A stretch of DNA of 64,000 nucleotides from Thainema sp. (GCA_052168235.1 JBQLZK010000006.1:1-64000), one strand, 5' to 3'; shown: positions 1 to 10,682, numbered from the stretch's first letter. Translations and numbers: made by a program. Notes: generated by a model not told the origin, from the sequence alone.

Positions 1-82
1 CTGGTTCATAAACGACTGCTACTGTACCTCATTCGAATGAGAACCGCTATAGCGCAAGAAGCGCTATAAACTGAGCATCTGC

Positions 83-373
83 CTAATGAAATGTAGAGTT
101 TATTGGTAGAAAGATCAGCAAACGGGTGCGAGAAATAATCCACGGATGCCCTTTGCGATCGCACTCAATATTGAGCTGACTAGCAACCTTGCCAGCCACC
201 GTTTCATGGGTGCCAGTGAGTGACCTATCAACTAACTCCCCATCGGCCAGTTCATAGCGAGGATTATCGGCATAGCGAGCAAGAAATTCTTCAAAACTGA
301 GAACGAGGGATGATGACGTTTGGGTTATGGTCAAAAAACCGTCTGAAACAAAGCAAGATTGATTACCATCCAA
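83..373 (-). pseudogene. Uma2/DUF820 family endonuclease, N-terminal remnant (frameshifted and truncated)
   Basis: LSFEEFLARYADNPRYELADGELV...HETVAGK is a typical Uma2 N-terminus. Similarity stops at WIISRT, continues briefly in another frame (PFADLST), and the PD-(D/E)xK core is missing. Confidence 0.7.
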
Positions 374-520
374 GCATCCTAAATAATTTAAGAGGCTTGG
401 ATCTCATCGTACGCCAGCGCTATTTAATGTAATGGCGCACCAGAATCTATCTTAAATATTTAGCTAATCCATATAGGCGTTCCTCTATATTATGAACATC
501 ATCCTTACCTAACCTCCACT

Positions 521-811
521 GTGAACTGTCAGGAAGTTGTTGCCCTTACCCAAACTCATCGTGCTGATTTAGAAGCACTCGGCGTTAAATCCTTGGAGCT
601 GTTCGGTTCCGTTGCTCGTGACGAAGCAACGCCCGAAAGCGACGTTGATTTCTTGGTCGAGTTTGCAATTGAGGCGACCTTATTTGATATGTTTCGGGTA
701 CGTCATTATCTTGAAGACCTGTTAGGACACAAAGTTGATTTAGGAACCCGCACAGCTCTCAAAGAGCATCTACGGGAATCTGTTACGAAGGATGTGGTGC
801 GTGTCTTCTAG
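521..811 (+). CDS. Minimal nucleotidyltransferase (MNT) antitoxin of the MNT-HEPN type
   Basis: 96 aa with LFGSVARDEA..SDVDFLVEF and VDLGT motifs. Confidence 0.9.
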   Translation: MNCQEVVALTQTHRADLEALGVKSLELFGSVARDEATPESDVDFLVEFAIEATLFDMFRVRHYLEDLLGHKVDLGTRTALKEHLRESVTKDVVRVF

Positions 812-869
812 AGATCGCACTTTTCCACATCACCCATCCCAAGCATTAGCTAGATTGAGCTGCGATCGC
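811..869. repeat. HIP1-bounded 59-bp repeat, copy 1
   Basis: GAGATCGC-ACTTTTCCACATCACCCATCCCAAGCATTAGCTAGATTGAGCT-GCGATCGC; 53/59 identical to 1107-1165. Confidence 0.9.
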
Positions 870-871
870 AC

Positions 872-1078
872 TTAAGCTGCTAAAACAGGTACACCCAGGG
901 CGTGAAGATCGATAGTTTCTACGTTTTTTGAGTAATTGTCTAAGGTAAGCGCAACGATTTTGCCGCTGCTGTCATAGTCCACAATCAAGTCGTCGGTGAT
1001 GGTGTCTGTTACGGCGACTGTTTGGGTGGTCAACTCAATGGCTAGAGTGTCTGTTTCAGAGAAATACTGGATTTTCAT
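872..1078 (-). CDS. DUF2283 family small protein (antitoxin-like), orphan
   Basis: MKIQYFSETDTLAIEL...DLIVDYDSSGKIVALTL pattern; ATG at 1078 preferred over the longer ORF that runs into the repeat. Confidence 0.8.
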   Translation of the reverse strand: MKIQYFSETDTLAIELTTQTVAVTDTITDDLIVDYDSSGKIVALTLDNYSKNVETIDLHALGVPVLAA

Positions 1079-1106
1079 TTTTATTACAGTTCTTTCCTTC
1101 TGTAAT

Positions 1107-1165
1107 GCGATCGCACTTCTCCACATCACCCATCCCAAACATCAGCGAGATTGAGCTGCGATCTC
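1107..1165. repeat. HIP1-bounded 59-bp repeat, copy 2
   Basis: GCGATCGC-ACTTCTCCACATCACCCATCCCAAACATCAGCGAGATTGAGCT-GCGATCTC. Confidence 0.9.
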
Positions 1166-1227
1166 AGTTCCATAATGTGTTTAAGCGGTGATAATGGAGC
1201 AAGAGGAGCTATTGGTGAGGATTCATC

Positions 1228-1467
1228 ATGCTGGGTTTTGACCGAATTACATTTGACCCTAATATCATGGCGGGACAGGCTTGCATTCGCGGAATGCGCG
1301 TTCCGGTTTCTCTTGTACTGAACCTTATTGCCAACGGACAGTCTACTGAGGACATCATTGCGGACTATCCTTATTTAGAGCCGGAAGATATTCAGCAATC
1401 TTTGAAATATGCTGCTTGGTTAGCAACTGAGCGAGTTTATCCCAGCGTTACTCCAAAAGCAGGATGA
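1228..1467 (+). CDS. DUF433 family antitoxin
   Basis: RITFDPNIMAGQACIRGMRVPV...DYPYLEPEDI signature; overlaps the next gene by ATGA. Confidence 0.92.
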   Translation: MLGFDRITFDPNIMAGQACIRGMRVPVSLVLNLIANGQSTEDIIADYPYLEPEDIQQSLKYAAWLATERVYPSVTPKAG

Positions 1468-1829
1468 AATTTCTTGCAGATATGGGAATCTCACCGCAAA
1501 CGGTCAATCTGTTGCGCCAACAAGGCCATGATGCTATTCATTTGCTGGAAGAAGGCTTGGAGCGGCTATCTGATGGAGACATTCTGATCAAGGCGCGAAA
1601 TGAGAATCGTATCTTACTGACGGTTGATTTAGATTTTGGGTATTTGTTGGCAGTAAGTAGGGCAAATCTACCAAGTGTCATTCTTTTTCGGTTAGACAAT
1701 GCTACTCGTGCAGCACTTGAAGAGAGGCTATCCGATGTCCTAAATCAATGCGAAGAAGTATTGATGAAGGGGGCTATGATTTCGGTCAGTAGCGAGGCAT
1801 TCCGAGTTAGACCACTGCCACTAATTTAA
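1464..1829 (+). CDS. DUF5615 family PIN-like toxin
   Basis: MKFLADMGIS...GHDAIHL..LSDGDIL..RILLTVDLDFG; coupled to DUF433. Confidence 0.9.
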   Translation: MKFLADMGISPQTVNLLRQQGHDAIHLLEEGLERLSDGDILIKARNENRILLTVDLDFGYLLAVSRANLPSVILFRLDNATRAALEERLSDVLNQCEEVLMKGAMISVSSEAFRVRPLPLI

Positions 1830-1834
1830 GCAGT

Positions 1835-1888
1835 GCGATCGCACTTCTCCACATCTCACATCTCAACCATGATCTCAATTGAGATCGC
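1835..1888. repeat. HIP1-bounded repeat, copy 3 (diverged, 54 bp)
   Basis: GCGATCGC-ACTTCTCCACATC..CATC.CAA.CAT...ATT-GAGATCGC; first 21 bp identical to copy 2. Confidence 0.75.
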
Positions 1889-2230
1889 AACTCCAATCTT
1901 CAATCAGGAATCAGGTGCCGTAAGTACGATGGTGCTTTTTACGGCGCGTATTACCTCATATGCTACTTGTTTGTCACATCAAAATGCGATAAATAAAAAG
2001 TTAGTTAATATACCAAGAAATAACATACTACAAACTCATTAATACTTCTTACGAATGATCAAACTCAACAAGGGCAAAAAAATCAAGGCTGATCAACAAC
2101 TTTAAAGCATGGAGCTTTATTCAAAAAGCATGATTTCTTTAATTATTCTTTCTCGTGGTGTAGAAAAGATATACTATTTGACTGAGGTGAATGTATCTGG
2201 CCTCAGGTGCGCATAATACGTAATACGAGT

Positions 2231-3586
2231 ATGAGTCAAAGTACAATGGCAGGTTTGAGAGTTGCATCTTTCTTTGCTGGAATTGGAGGATTTGACATTG
2301 GGTTCGAACAAGCAGGATTTAGCATAAGCTATCAATGCGAAATTCATGACTTTTGTAACTCAGTCCTAAAGTACCATTGGCCGAAAACTTTACGTGCCAA
2401 CGATATTTTGACAATTCATTCTAATGACATACCAAAATCTGAAATTTGGTGTGGGGGATTTCCTTGTCAAGATTTATCAGTAGCTAGAGGTTCAAGTGGT
2501 CGTCATGGTTTGAAGGGCGATAGATCGAAGTTATTTTTCAGATTGTCAGAACTAGCCAAAATCAAGAAGCCGCATGTGATTTTACTAGAAAATGTTTGTG
2601 GTCTGTTAAGTTCAAATAATGGAAAAGACTTTGCAGAACTTCTCTATACACTCAACGAGCTTAATTATGCCGTTTCATGGAGACTACTGAACAGTCGCTA
2701 CTTCGGAATACCTCAATCTCGTCCACGCATTTACATTTGTGCTTGGAGAAATAATCCTATCGCAGCAGGAAATGTTTTATTTGAAAGTTTCCTGCCAGCA
2801 CCAACAAATCATGAGCGTTCAGCATTCCTAAGTACTTCTTGGAAAGAAGGCTCATTAGGCCCGATTCCGCCAAAACTAGCCTTTTGTCTAGCAGCAACCT
2901 CAGGACGCCATACAGGTACTGATTGGAGCCGAACATATATCCCTTATGAAAAAGAAGTACGTAGGCTTACTCCGTTAGAATGTGAGCGTCTTCAAGGTTT
3001 TCCAGATCATTGGACTAAGTTGCATTTAGAGGGTATTGATGTGGAAAAATCAGATAGTCTCAGATACCATGCTCTAGGAAATGCGGTTTCAGTACCCGTC
3101 ATAAAATGGATTGCCGAGAGAATTCATCAACAGTTCGATGTCAATGGGGTAGTACCTAAGAAAAACAAGAAATTTGAGTTATCAGTAAACCATCTAAAAA
3201 AATGGCCTGCCTTATATAACTCTAAAGCAATTATAGGCAACCTTTCTAAGGTACGTGAAGAGAAAACAAAAAGCAAGTGGGCAAAAGCAGGTATTTCATG
3301 GAAAAATAGATTCATTGCAAATAATATTTCTCCTTCACCATGTAATCCTATTTACGCCGATTTAATAGATATTGTCGAGTATGATAGGCCGGATTCACGC
3401 TACTTCTTAAGTCCAAATGCAGCAGAGGGAATCTTGAGGAGAGTAGATTCTCAAAATAGGCGCTTATTTCCTCATCTTCGACGCGCCTTAGAAGAATTGA
3501 GCGGACGATCATCACATAGAAGAGAAAACTTAGATATTTTTCTGCAAATTGAACTACCTCTATTGGAGGAGATGGAATGCGTATAG
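2231..3586 (+). CDS. DNA (cytosine-5)-methyltransferase
   Basis: Motifs FFAGIGG, GFPCQDLS, ENV, QSRPR, RRLTPLECERLQGFP, LGNAV; C-terminal extension YFLSPNAAEGILRR. AT-rich, no HIP1 seen. Confidence 0.93.
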   Translation: MSQSTMAGLRVASFFAGIGGFDIGFEQAGFSISYQCEIHDFCNSVLKYHWPKTLRANDILTIHSNDIPKSEIWCGGFPCQDLSVARGSSGRHGLKGDRSKLFFRLSELAKIKKPHVILLENVCGLLSSNNGKDFAELLYTLNELNYAVSWRLLNSRYFGIPQSRPRIYICAWRNNPIAAGNVLFESFLPAPTNHERSAFLSTSWKEGSLGPIPPKLAFCLAATSGRHTGTDWSRTYIPYEKEVRRLTPLECERLQGFPDHWTKLHLEGIDVEKSDSLRYHALGNAVSVPVIKWIAERIHQQFDVNGVVPKKNKKFELSVNHLKKWPALYNSKAIIGNLSKVREEKTKSKWAKAGISWKNRFIANNISPSPCNPIYADLIDIVEYDRPDSRYFLSPNAAEGILRRVDSQNRRLFPHLRRALEELSGRSSHRRENLDIFLQIELPLLEEMECV

Positions 3587-4752
3587 CTTTAAGACCTAGT
3601 GGTGGTCGAGGAGATTATGAACTTACTGGTTCTGATAACGGAGTATATGCTTCTGAGCTGCTTGAAAAACAGTTTTACTATCAATTAACTCCAAACCTAG
3701 AAATTAATGGCAAGGCTAGGGCTTCGAGGCTTTCAGGAAAACCTCGAATTCGTCCACAAGAGGATGGCAAACATCCATATACAGTTATGTACTCAATTCT
3801 TCTTCTACCATCACCAAGAAGAGAGTTTGTTAAGACAGCCACGTCAGCTTTAACAAAGTTGATATGCAAGGACTATGTTATTTACGGAATTGATGTTGAT
3901 TTAGTAGACAATAAACCAACTAGAGTTGTGTTTGCACCAAGCAATATTTGGGCAAGGAGCCAAGGAGGAACGTTAAGAGTCAATTTTATAGAACGTATGG
4001 CAATTATCTCAATGTTATGGGCTGTAGCGAAAGGTGAGAAATCCGAATTGGCCCAATTAATTAGACAACATCAAGCCGCAGTAGCGTCTTCTAATCACCC
4101 AAATATTCAGAATACTGCGACCCAAATTCAGAAAAGATTTGAAGTAAATACCGATGTCTTGCCATTGCTGTTAAATCAATTTGATTTACCTAGTGATCTC
4201 AGCTCTAGTTCTATCGATCCTGGCATAACAAATGACACAACAGGTTTTGAATCTGAAGATAGTGATGTTTCTCCTCAAGTTGCTTTTCGAGAGCGTGTAA
4301 AAAAGTGGCGTAAGCAAGCTGAAAGGGGCTCGGATGCGCGGAAGTTCAGCATTACTGTTCGTGAAGCTTATGATTACCGTTGCTTTTTTTCAGGAGAACG
4401 CTTTCCAAGATTGTCAATTTTTGACTCTTCCGGTGTTGATAGTGCCCACATACTGCCTTGGTCTACTTATGGATTGAACTCTGTATCAAATGGGATATGT
4501 CTATGTAAACAATGTCATTGGGGATTTGACAATGGTTTATTGCGGTTAGATTTCAATGAACAATCAAGTAGTTATGTCTTGTCAATTCCTAAAAATATTG
4601 AAGATATAGCCGTCAAAGAGAAGTTCGATCTGGCACCCTTCCAAAAGTGTACTGGAGTTATAGATCGCTCTAGGCTACCTAAAAATCCTGGACTATGGCC
4701 AGATCCTAAATACATCCAAGAGTTGAACTCTAAGTTTTTTAACTTTAATTGA
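3577..4752 (+). CDS. HNH endonuclease, probable cognate restriction enzyme
   Basis: C-terminal AYDYRCFFSG..DSAHILPW..NGICLCKQCHWGFDNG; start overlaps the MTase stop. Confidence 0.8.
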   Translation: MRIALRPSGGRGDYELTGSDNGVYASELLEKQFYYQLTPNLEINGKARASRLSGKPRIRPQEDGKHPYTVMYSILLLPSPRREFVKTATSALTKLICKDYVIYGIDVDLVDNKPTRVVFAPSNIWARSQGGTLRVNFIERMAIISMLWAVAKGEKSELAQLIRQHQAAVASSNHPNIQNTATQIQKRFEVNTDVLPLLLNQFDLPSDLSSSSIDPGITNDTTGFESEDSDVSPQVAFRERVKKWRKQAERGSDARKFSITVREAYDYRCFFSGERFPRLSIFDSSGVDSAHILPWSTYGLNSVSNGICLCKQCHWGFDNGLLRLDFNEQSSSYVLSIPKNIEDIAVKEKFDLAPFQKCTGVIDRSRLPKNPGLWPDPKYIQELNSKFFNFN

Positions 4753-4935
4753 TAACAGCTTAATTATCATTTTCCTGACACGGTATAGTACGCTAGTATT
4801 ATATTGCTCAAGGATTCTTCATTATATTAGCGATTCCATATATGGCGTGCTCCTGGATTAAATCCCATAAACATCCCTAGATATAGGGCGAAGAATCCGC
4901 TACGCTGGAGTCAACTTTTGCCTGGGTAAAACGCG

Positions 4936-7900
4936 ATGTCCTTCGTTGGTCTACATATTCATACCGATTACAGCCTGCTCGACGGGGCGAGTCAGTTGCC
5001 GAACTTGGTTGATCGCGCGATTGAGTTGGGTATGCCTGCGATCGCACTCACCGATCACGGAGTGATGTATGGTGCGCTGCAACTGCTGAAGATGTGCAAG
5101 GCCAAGGGCATCAAGCCGATTATCGGCAACGAGATGTACATCATCAACGGCGACATCAGCAAGCAGGAGAAACGACCTCGCTATCACCAGATTGTGCTAG
5201 CCAAGAATACCCAGGGCTACAAGAATCTGGTCAAGCTGACTACGATTTCGCACCTGAAGGGCGTGCAGGGCAAAGGCATCTTCTCGCGACCCTGTATTAA
5301 TAAAGAGCTGCTGGAGCAGTATCACGAAGGGCTGATTGTCACCAGTGCTTGTCTGGGCGGCGAGATTCCCCAGGCGATTTTGCAGAACCGACCGGACGTG
5401 GCGCGGCGGGTAGCGCAGTGGTACAAGGATCTGCTGGGTGATGATTATTATTTGGAAATTCAGGATCACGGTCTGCAAGAGGAGCGGATTGTCAATCCAG
5501 AGATCGTCCGGATCGCCCAAGAACTGGACATCAAGATTGTCGTCACCAACGATTCCCACTTTATTTCCTGTAACGACGTAGAAGCTCACGATGCGCTGCT
5601 CTGTATCCAGACGGGCAAGCTGCTGTCGGAGGAGAAGCGCCTGCGCTACACGGGCACCGAGTACATCAAGTCCGCTGATGAGATGCGGCTGCTGTTCCGC
5701 GATCACCTGCCTGCTGAGATTGTCGAAACTGCGATCGCAACCACGGTAGAAGTGGCCGATAAGGTCGAAGAGTACACTGGCCTGCTGGGTGAGCCGCGCA
5801 TTCCCGACTATCCGATTCCAGAGGGCTTCACGGCAGATACCTATCTGGTGCATGTGGCCTGGGAGGGACTGCTGGATCGGCTGGGGGTGCAGAGTCGTGA
5901 TCAGGTAAAGCAGGAATACTGCGATCGCATCGAATACGAGCTGGACATGATGCAGCAGATGGGGTTCTCCACCTACTTTTTGGTGGTGTGGGACTACATC
6001 AAGTTTGCTCGCGACCATAAGATTCCGGTGGGACCGGGACGGGGTTCGGCGGCGGGGTCGCTGGTGGCCTACGCAATGGGAATTACCAATATTGACCCGG
6101 TGCATCATGGTTTGCTGTTTGAGCGGTTTCTTAACCCCGAACGGAAGTCGATGCCGGATATTGATACCGACTTCTGCATTGAGCGGCGGGAGGAGGTGAT
6201 CCAGTACGTCACCGAGAAGTACGGCGAGGAGCGGGTTGCCCAGATTATCACCTACAACCGCATGACCTCGAAGGCGGTGCTGAAGGATACGGCGCGGGTG
6301 TTGGATATTCCCTACGGCGAAGCCGACAAGATGGCGAAGATGATTCCGGTCGTGCGCGGCAAGCCTGCCAAGCTGAAGGTGATGATTTCCGACGACACGC
6401 CCTCGAAGGAATTCAAGGAAAAGTATGACAGCGACGCCACCGTCCGCCGCTGGCTCGATATGGCGATGCGGATTGAGGGCATGAACAAGAGCGTCGGCAT
6501 TCACGCGGCGGGCGTGGTGATTTCTGCCGAACCGCTGGATGAGGTGGTGCCCTTGCAGTTAAACAAAGAGGGCAACGGCGCAGTCACGCAGTACTCGATG
6601 GAAGATATCGAGTCGATGGGTCTGCTGAAGATGGACTTCCTGGGCCTGAAAAACCTAACGATGATCCAGAAGACTATTGACCTAATCGAGCAAACGCGGC
6701 AGGTGACGATTGATCCGGATGGGATTCCCTTAGACGATCAAGCTGCGATCGCACTTCTGTCTCGTGGTGAACTGGGCGGCATCTTTCAGTTGGAATCGTC
6801 GGGGATGCGCCAGATTGTGCGGGACTTGAAGCCGTCGGGTCTGGAAGATATTTCGTCGGTCTTGGCGCTCTATCGACCGGGGCCACTGGACGCGGGCCTA
6901 ATTCCCAAGTTCATCAACCGCAAGCACGGTCGCGAAAAGATTGACTACGAGCACAAAATCCTAGAGCCGATTCTGGAAGAAACCTACGGCATCATGGTCT
7001 ACCAGGAGCAGATCATGAAAATTGCCCAGGACATGGGCGGTTACTCTCTCGGACAGGCCGACCTGCTGCGGCGGGCGATGGGTAAGAAGAAAATGTCCGA
7101 GATGCTGAAGCACAAGGACAATTTTCTAGAAGGCTCGCAGAAAAACGGCGTCGATAAGAAAATTGCCGAGGGACTGTGGGAAAAAATGGTGCAGTTCGCA
7201 GAGTACTGCTTCAACAAGTCCCACTCCACTGCGTATGGGTACGTTACCTACCAGACGGCGTTTCTGAAGGCGAACTATCCGGTCGAGTACATGGCCGCGC
7301 TGCTGAGCGCCAACAGCGGCGACCAAGAGAAAGCGCAGCAGTACATCGCCGCCTGCATCTCAATGGGCATTGAAGTGCTGCCGCCGGATATCAACCGCTC
7401 CGGCGTGGACTTTACGCCCCAGGTGACGGACACCCAGAAGAGCATCCTGTTCGGCATGGGCGCGGTGCGGAACGTGGGCACCGGAGCCGTCGAGCATATC
7501 CTGGAAGTGCGGGCCGAGAAACCGTTTGAGTCTCTGGCCGACTTGTGCGATCGCGTTGACACCCGTACCGTCAACCGCCGCGCATTGGAAGCGCTCATCC
7601 AGTCCGGCGCAATGGATGCCTTCGACACCAACCGCAATCAGCTGATGCACGATCTGGAGCTGGTGCTGGAATGGGCACAGTCCCGTGCCAAAGATCGCGA
7701 AGTCGGTCAGGGCAACCTGTTCGATATGATGCTAGGCGGTGGCGATACAACTACATCGGACAGCAACGGCTTCGAGGCGGTGCCGAAAGCACCCCCTATG
7801 GCAGACTACCCCAAGCAGGAAAAGCTGAAGCTAGAGAAAGACCTCCTCGGTTTCTACATTTCCGACCATCCGCTCAAGCCCATCCAACGCCCGTCCCGCA

Positions 7901-8457
7901 TTCTGGCTCCAGTCAGCGTCAGCGAGTTTGCCGATCAGCCAGACAATATAACGATCAGCGCCATCGTCATGCTCAGCGTCGTTCTGCCCAAGGTGACGAA
8001 GAAGGGCGACAGCATGGCCATTCTACAGGTGGAAGATCTGACCGGGCGATCCGATGCCATTGTCTTTCCCAAATCCTATGCCCGCATCCGTGAGGTAATT
8101 CAGCCCGATGCCCGTCTGATGGTTTGGGGGAAAGTCGATCGGCGCGACGACCAAATTCAGCTGATCATCGACGATGCCGAACCGATTGAAGCGGTACGGA
8201 TGGTGATGGTGGAATTGTCCACGCAGCAAGCTGGTAATATCCAGTTTCAACATCAGCTACGCACCGTTCTGGTGAATCAGCGCGGTCAGGATGACTATGC
8301 CGCAAAAACCCCGGTGGTGGCAATTGTCGGCGATGGCGCAAACCGCCAGTTTGTCCGCCTCGGTTCCCAGTTCCGCGTCTTGGATCATCAGGCGGCAGTC
8401 AATGCACTAGTGAAAGCTGGCTTTACGGCTCGTGCGGAGGCGCTACCCGTTTCGTAG
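4936..8457 (+). CDS. dnaE: DNA polymerase III alpha subunit, contiguous and intein-free
   Basis: PHP domain ([12 protein letters not shown]), [33 protein letters not shown]-terminal OB fold; 1173 aa. Confidence 0.98.
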   Translation: MSFVGLHIHTDYSLLDGASQLPNLVDRAIELGMPAIALTDHGVMYGALQLLKMCKAKGIKPIIGNEMYIINGDISKQEKRPRYHQIVLAKNTQGYKNLVKLTTISHLKGVQGKGIFSRPCINKELLEQYHEGLIVTSACLGGEIPQAILQNRPDVARRVAQWYKDLLGDDYYLEIQDHGLQEERIVNPEIVRIAQELDIKIVVTNDSHFISCNDVEAHDALLCIQTGKLLSEEKRLRYTGTEYIKSADEMRLLFRDHLPAEIVETAIATTVEVADKVEEYTGLLGEPRIPDYPIPEGFTADTYLVHVAWEGLLDRLGVQSRDQVKQEYCDRIEYELDMMQQMGFSTYFLVVWDYIKFARDHKIPVGPGRGSAAGSLVAYAMGITNIDPVHHGLLFERFLNPERKSMPDIDTDFCIERREEVIQYVTEKYGEERVAQIITYNRMTSKAVLKDTARVLDIPYGEADKMAKMIPVVRGKPAKLKVMISDDTPSKEFKEKYDSDATVRRWLDMAMRIEGMNKSVGIHAAGVVISAEPLDEVVPLQLNKEGNGAVTQYSMEDIESMGLLKMDFLGLKNLTMIQKTIDLIEQTRQVTIDPDGIPLDDQAAIALLSRGELGGIFQLESSGMRQIVRDLKPSGLEDISSVLALYRPGPLDAGLIPKFINRKHGREKIDYEHKILEPILEETYGIMVYQEQIMKIAQDMGGYSLGQADLLRRAMGKKKMSEMLKHKDNFLEGSQKNGVDKKIAEGLWEKMVQFAEYCFNKSHSTAYGYVTYQTAFLKANYPVEYMAALLSANSGDQEKAQQYIAACISMGIEVLPPDINRSGVDFTPQVTDTQKSILFGMGAVRNVGTGAVEHILEVRAEKPFESLADLCDRVDTRTVNRRALEALIQSGAMDAFDTNRNQLMHDLELVLEWAQSRAKDREVGQGNLFDMMLGGGDTTTSDSNGFEAVPKAPPMADYPKQEKLKLEKDLLGFYISDHPLKPIQRPSRILAPVSVSEFADQPDNITISAIVMLSVVLPKVTKKGDSMAILQVEDLTGRSDAIVFPKSYARIREVIQPDARLMVWGKVDRRDDQIQLIIDDAEPIEAVRMVMVELSTQQAGNIQFQHQLRTVLVNQRGQDDYAAKTPVVAIVGDGANRQFVRLGSQFRVLDHQAAVNALVKAGFTARAEALPVS

Positions 8458-8475
8458 GGATGTGACCAACCAGCT

Positions 8476-8518
8476 TTGAGGGCTGATTACCGCGCGAGGC
8501 GCGGCGATCAGCCCTCAA
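8476..8518. terminator. Hairpin between convergent dnaE and serS
   Basis: TTGAGGGCTGATTACCGCGC-GAG-GCGCGGCGATCAGCCCTCAA. Confidence 0.6.
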
Positions 8519-8522
8519 CTAC

Positions 8523-9803
8523 TTACAAAATTTCCCGGCCCAAATAGGGCTGAAGCACTTCCGGGATCTTCACTGAACCATCCGGCTGCTGATAGTTCTC
8601 AAGCACTGCTGCCATCGTGCGGCCAACGGCCAAACCAGAACCGTTGAGCGTGTGAACAAACTGGGTGCCCTTTTGTCCCGCTTCCTTAAAACGGATATTG
8701 GCGCGGCGAGCCTGAAAATCCCAACAGTTGGAGCAGCTAGAGATTTCGCGATAGGTTCCCGACGACGGCAGCCACACCTCCAGGTCGTAGCATTTCGCTG
8801 CCGAAAAGCCCAAATCACCCGTACACAGCTCAATGACGCGATAGGGCAGCTGCAGCGCTTGCAGAATGGCTTCTGCGTTTTGCACCAGCTTTTGATGCTC
8901 GGTCTCTGACTGATCGGGATGAACAATTTTCACCAGTTCCACTTTGTTGAACTGGTGCAGCCGAATCAGACCACGGGTATCGCGACCATAGCTGCCTGCT
9001 TCGCGACGGAAACAGGGGGTAAACGCACAGTGATTAATTGGCAAATCCGCAGCGGCGAGTACCTCATCACGATAGAGGTTGGTCAGGGGCACTTCAGCAG
9101 TCGGCGTCAACCACAGATCGTCTTGGCTGCACTTAAAACTTTCGTCGGCAAACTTAGGCAGTTGCCCCGTTCCGGTCAGCGTGTCGGTATTGATTAAAAA
9201 GGGCGGGATCACTTCGAGATAGCCAGCTTCAATTTGCTGATCCAGCATGAACTGAATTAGCGCCCGCTCCAGTGCAGCTCCGGCTCCTATCAGCGCCACA
9301 AAGCGGCTTTGCGCAACTTTTGTTGCCCGCTCAAAGTTAAACAAGCCCAGCTTTTCACCAATTTCCCAATGGGGCAGCAGTGAACCGGAATCGGCTGGTA
9401 AATACTCATCCCCCCAGCGGCGCACCTCGACATTTTCCTCTTCGCTGGCTCCCTTTGGCGTGGAATCGCTCGGTAAGTTAGGAATCATCAGCAACAGCGC
9501 TTCTAGCTCAGCGCGAATCTCCCGCTCTTGGGGTTCTAGCTCACCAAGCTGCTGCTTAACCTGATTGCCCTCTTCCCGCAAATTCATAATTTCAGCGGAT
9601 TTGGGATCGCTGCCGGATTTGATTTTTTGACCGACGGTTTTACCGATCTCGTTACTGCGAGCCTGAAGTTGCGATCGCGTTGTCTCCAAATCACGCTGTC
9701 GCTGGTCGAGGTCTAAGATGGGGTGGATATCATAATCACCCCGCAGCTTCAGCCGTCGCTGCACCTCTTCTGGTTGTTGCCGAATCAGTTTGAGATCAAT
9801 CAC
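8523..9803 (-). CDS. serS: Serine--tRNA ligase
   Basis: [47 protein letters not shown] start at 9803. Confidence 0.98.
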   Translation of the reverse strand: MIDLKLIRQQPEEVQRRLKLRGDYDIHPILDLDQRQRDLETTRSQLQARSNEIGKTVGQKIKSGSDPKSAEIMNLREEGNQVKQQLGELEPQEREIRAELEALLLMIPNLPSDSTPKGASEEENVEVRRWGDEYLPADSGSLLPHWEIGEKLGLFNFERATKVAQSRFVALIGAGAALERALIQFMLDQQIEAGYLEVIPPFLINTDTLTGTGQLPKFADESFKCSQDDLWLTPTAEVPLTNLYRDEVLAAADLPINHCAFTPCFRREAGSYGRDTRGLIRLHQFNKVELVKIVHPDQSETEHQKLVQNAEAILQALQLPYRVIELCTGDLGFSAAKCYDLEVWLPSSGTYREISSCSNCWDFQARRANIRFKEAGQKGTQFVHTLNGSGLAVGRTMAAVLENYQQPDGSVKIPEVLQPYLGREIL

Positions 9804-10057
9804 CGTTGGTTCCCTAGTTTTTCGATGTCCGCCTATTGGTTGAGTCACTCAATGCGACTCAGCTCAAACCCCAAACCTGGGAGGCATGCTCCGGAGAAAC
9901 GTTCCCCGGTTTTGGAGTTTGCTAATTTATGCCAGCCTATTTACTACCATAAATCACGTTCAGAAAATGGGTTTGTGCGATCGCAATCCTCTACTGTTTG
10001 GCCCAAACGCGGCCCGTTCGTTGGCTGAGCAGCAGTTCAAAGCATGTAGTTCAAAGC

Positions 10058-10180
10058 ATAATGACTGCGTGCTGTGTGAATGTGACTCACACAGCACGCA
10101 GTCATTATCTGAGATTAGTGACGTGTATAAAACTCAACTCATTTTAATGAAAGGTTGGCCTTGCCAGCCTTTCATTAAAA
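10058..10180. repeat. Two adjacent long inverted repeats
   Basis: Perfect 22-bp arms at 10058-10079/10087-10108; 18-bp arms with one mismatch at 10142-10180; preceded by two copies of AGTTCAAAGCAT. Confidence 0.9.
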
Positions 10181-10223
10181 CAAATCCTGAACTTTCAGCC
10201 GGAGTTGACACCAATACCGATGC

Positions 10224-10628
10224 CTAGTTGAGATGCTGAGCGGCTTTTGCGCTGACCGGGTCAGCTCCTTCCAGCACCTTAAAACTGATTAAGCGCTCAT
10301 AGATGGGGCGACCTTCGCTATCCTTGACGCCAGTGCTGCGGCTGAACCAGATGGCCGCACTAAACTTGTTCTGCGGACTCCGCCGAGTAAACTGTTTTCC
10401 ACCCCACTCGACGATCGCAGGCCCATACTGATCCGATTGCACAACCCTGGCTCCAATCGAGGGCCAGTCAAAGCCCTTAAACTCCTCGATCGACTTTTGC
10501 AGGTTAGGCGCTCCATCATCCGGAGCCATTCGCTCTAGTGCGATCGCAATTCGCTCCATTAGCGCAGTCTGCTGCTGTTGGAGAAGTAACCAGCGCTCGT
10601 AAAATTCTTCATTCTTCATGGTCGGCAT
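10224..10628 (-). CDS. DdrB-like single-stranded DNA-binding protein (cyanobacterial type)
   Basis: APNLQKSIEEFKGFDWPSIGA..DQYGPAIVEWGG..RRSPQNKFSAAIWFSR resembles this family as I recall it; LexA box directly upstream. Confidence 0.65.
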   Translation of the reverse strand: MPTMKNEEFYERWLLLQQQQTALMERIAIALERMAPDDGAPNLQKSIEEFKGFDWPSIGARVVQSDQYGPAIVEWGGKQFTRRSPQNKFSAAIWFSRSTGVKDSEGRPIYERLISFKVLEGADPVSAKAAQHLN

Positions 10629-10629
10629 C

Positions 10630-10643
10630 AGAACTCATGTACT
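10630..10643 (-). promoter_or_regulatory. Cyanobacterial LexA (SOS) box
   Basis: Minus strand AGTACATGAGTTCT is an exact match to RGTAC-NNN-DGTWCB. Confidence 0.8.
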
Positions 10644-10682
10644 AATTATGGCTGTTTTTGAGCCAAGTCACCATGCCCCAAT

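Noticed and set aside
811..1888. Possible CRISPR array
   Set aside because: Only three repeats with gene-sized, unequal spacers and no cas genes; treated as a cassette-boundary repeat.
5197..6504. 435-aa antisense ORF, and similar shadow ORFs in serS, dnaK and others
   Set aside because: Antisense to conserved genes with biased codon use; no motifs.
9860..9925. T-box or riboswitch upstream of serS
   Set aside because: No T-box consensus; looks like a decayed member of the palindromic repeat class.
9886..10227. 113-aa ORF, and similar ORFs at 55569-56029 and 62867-63138
   Set aside because: They span palindromic repeats and have no recognisable protein features.
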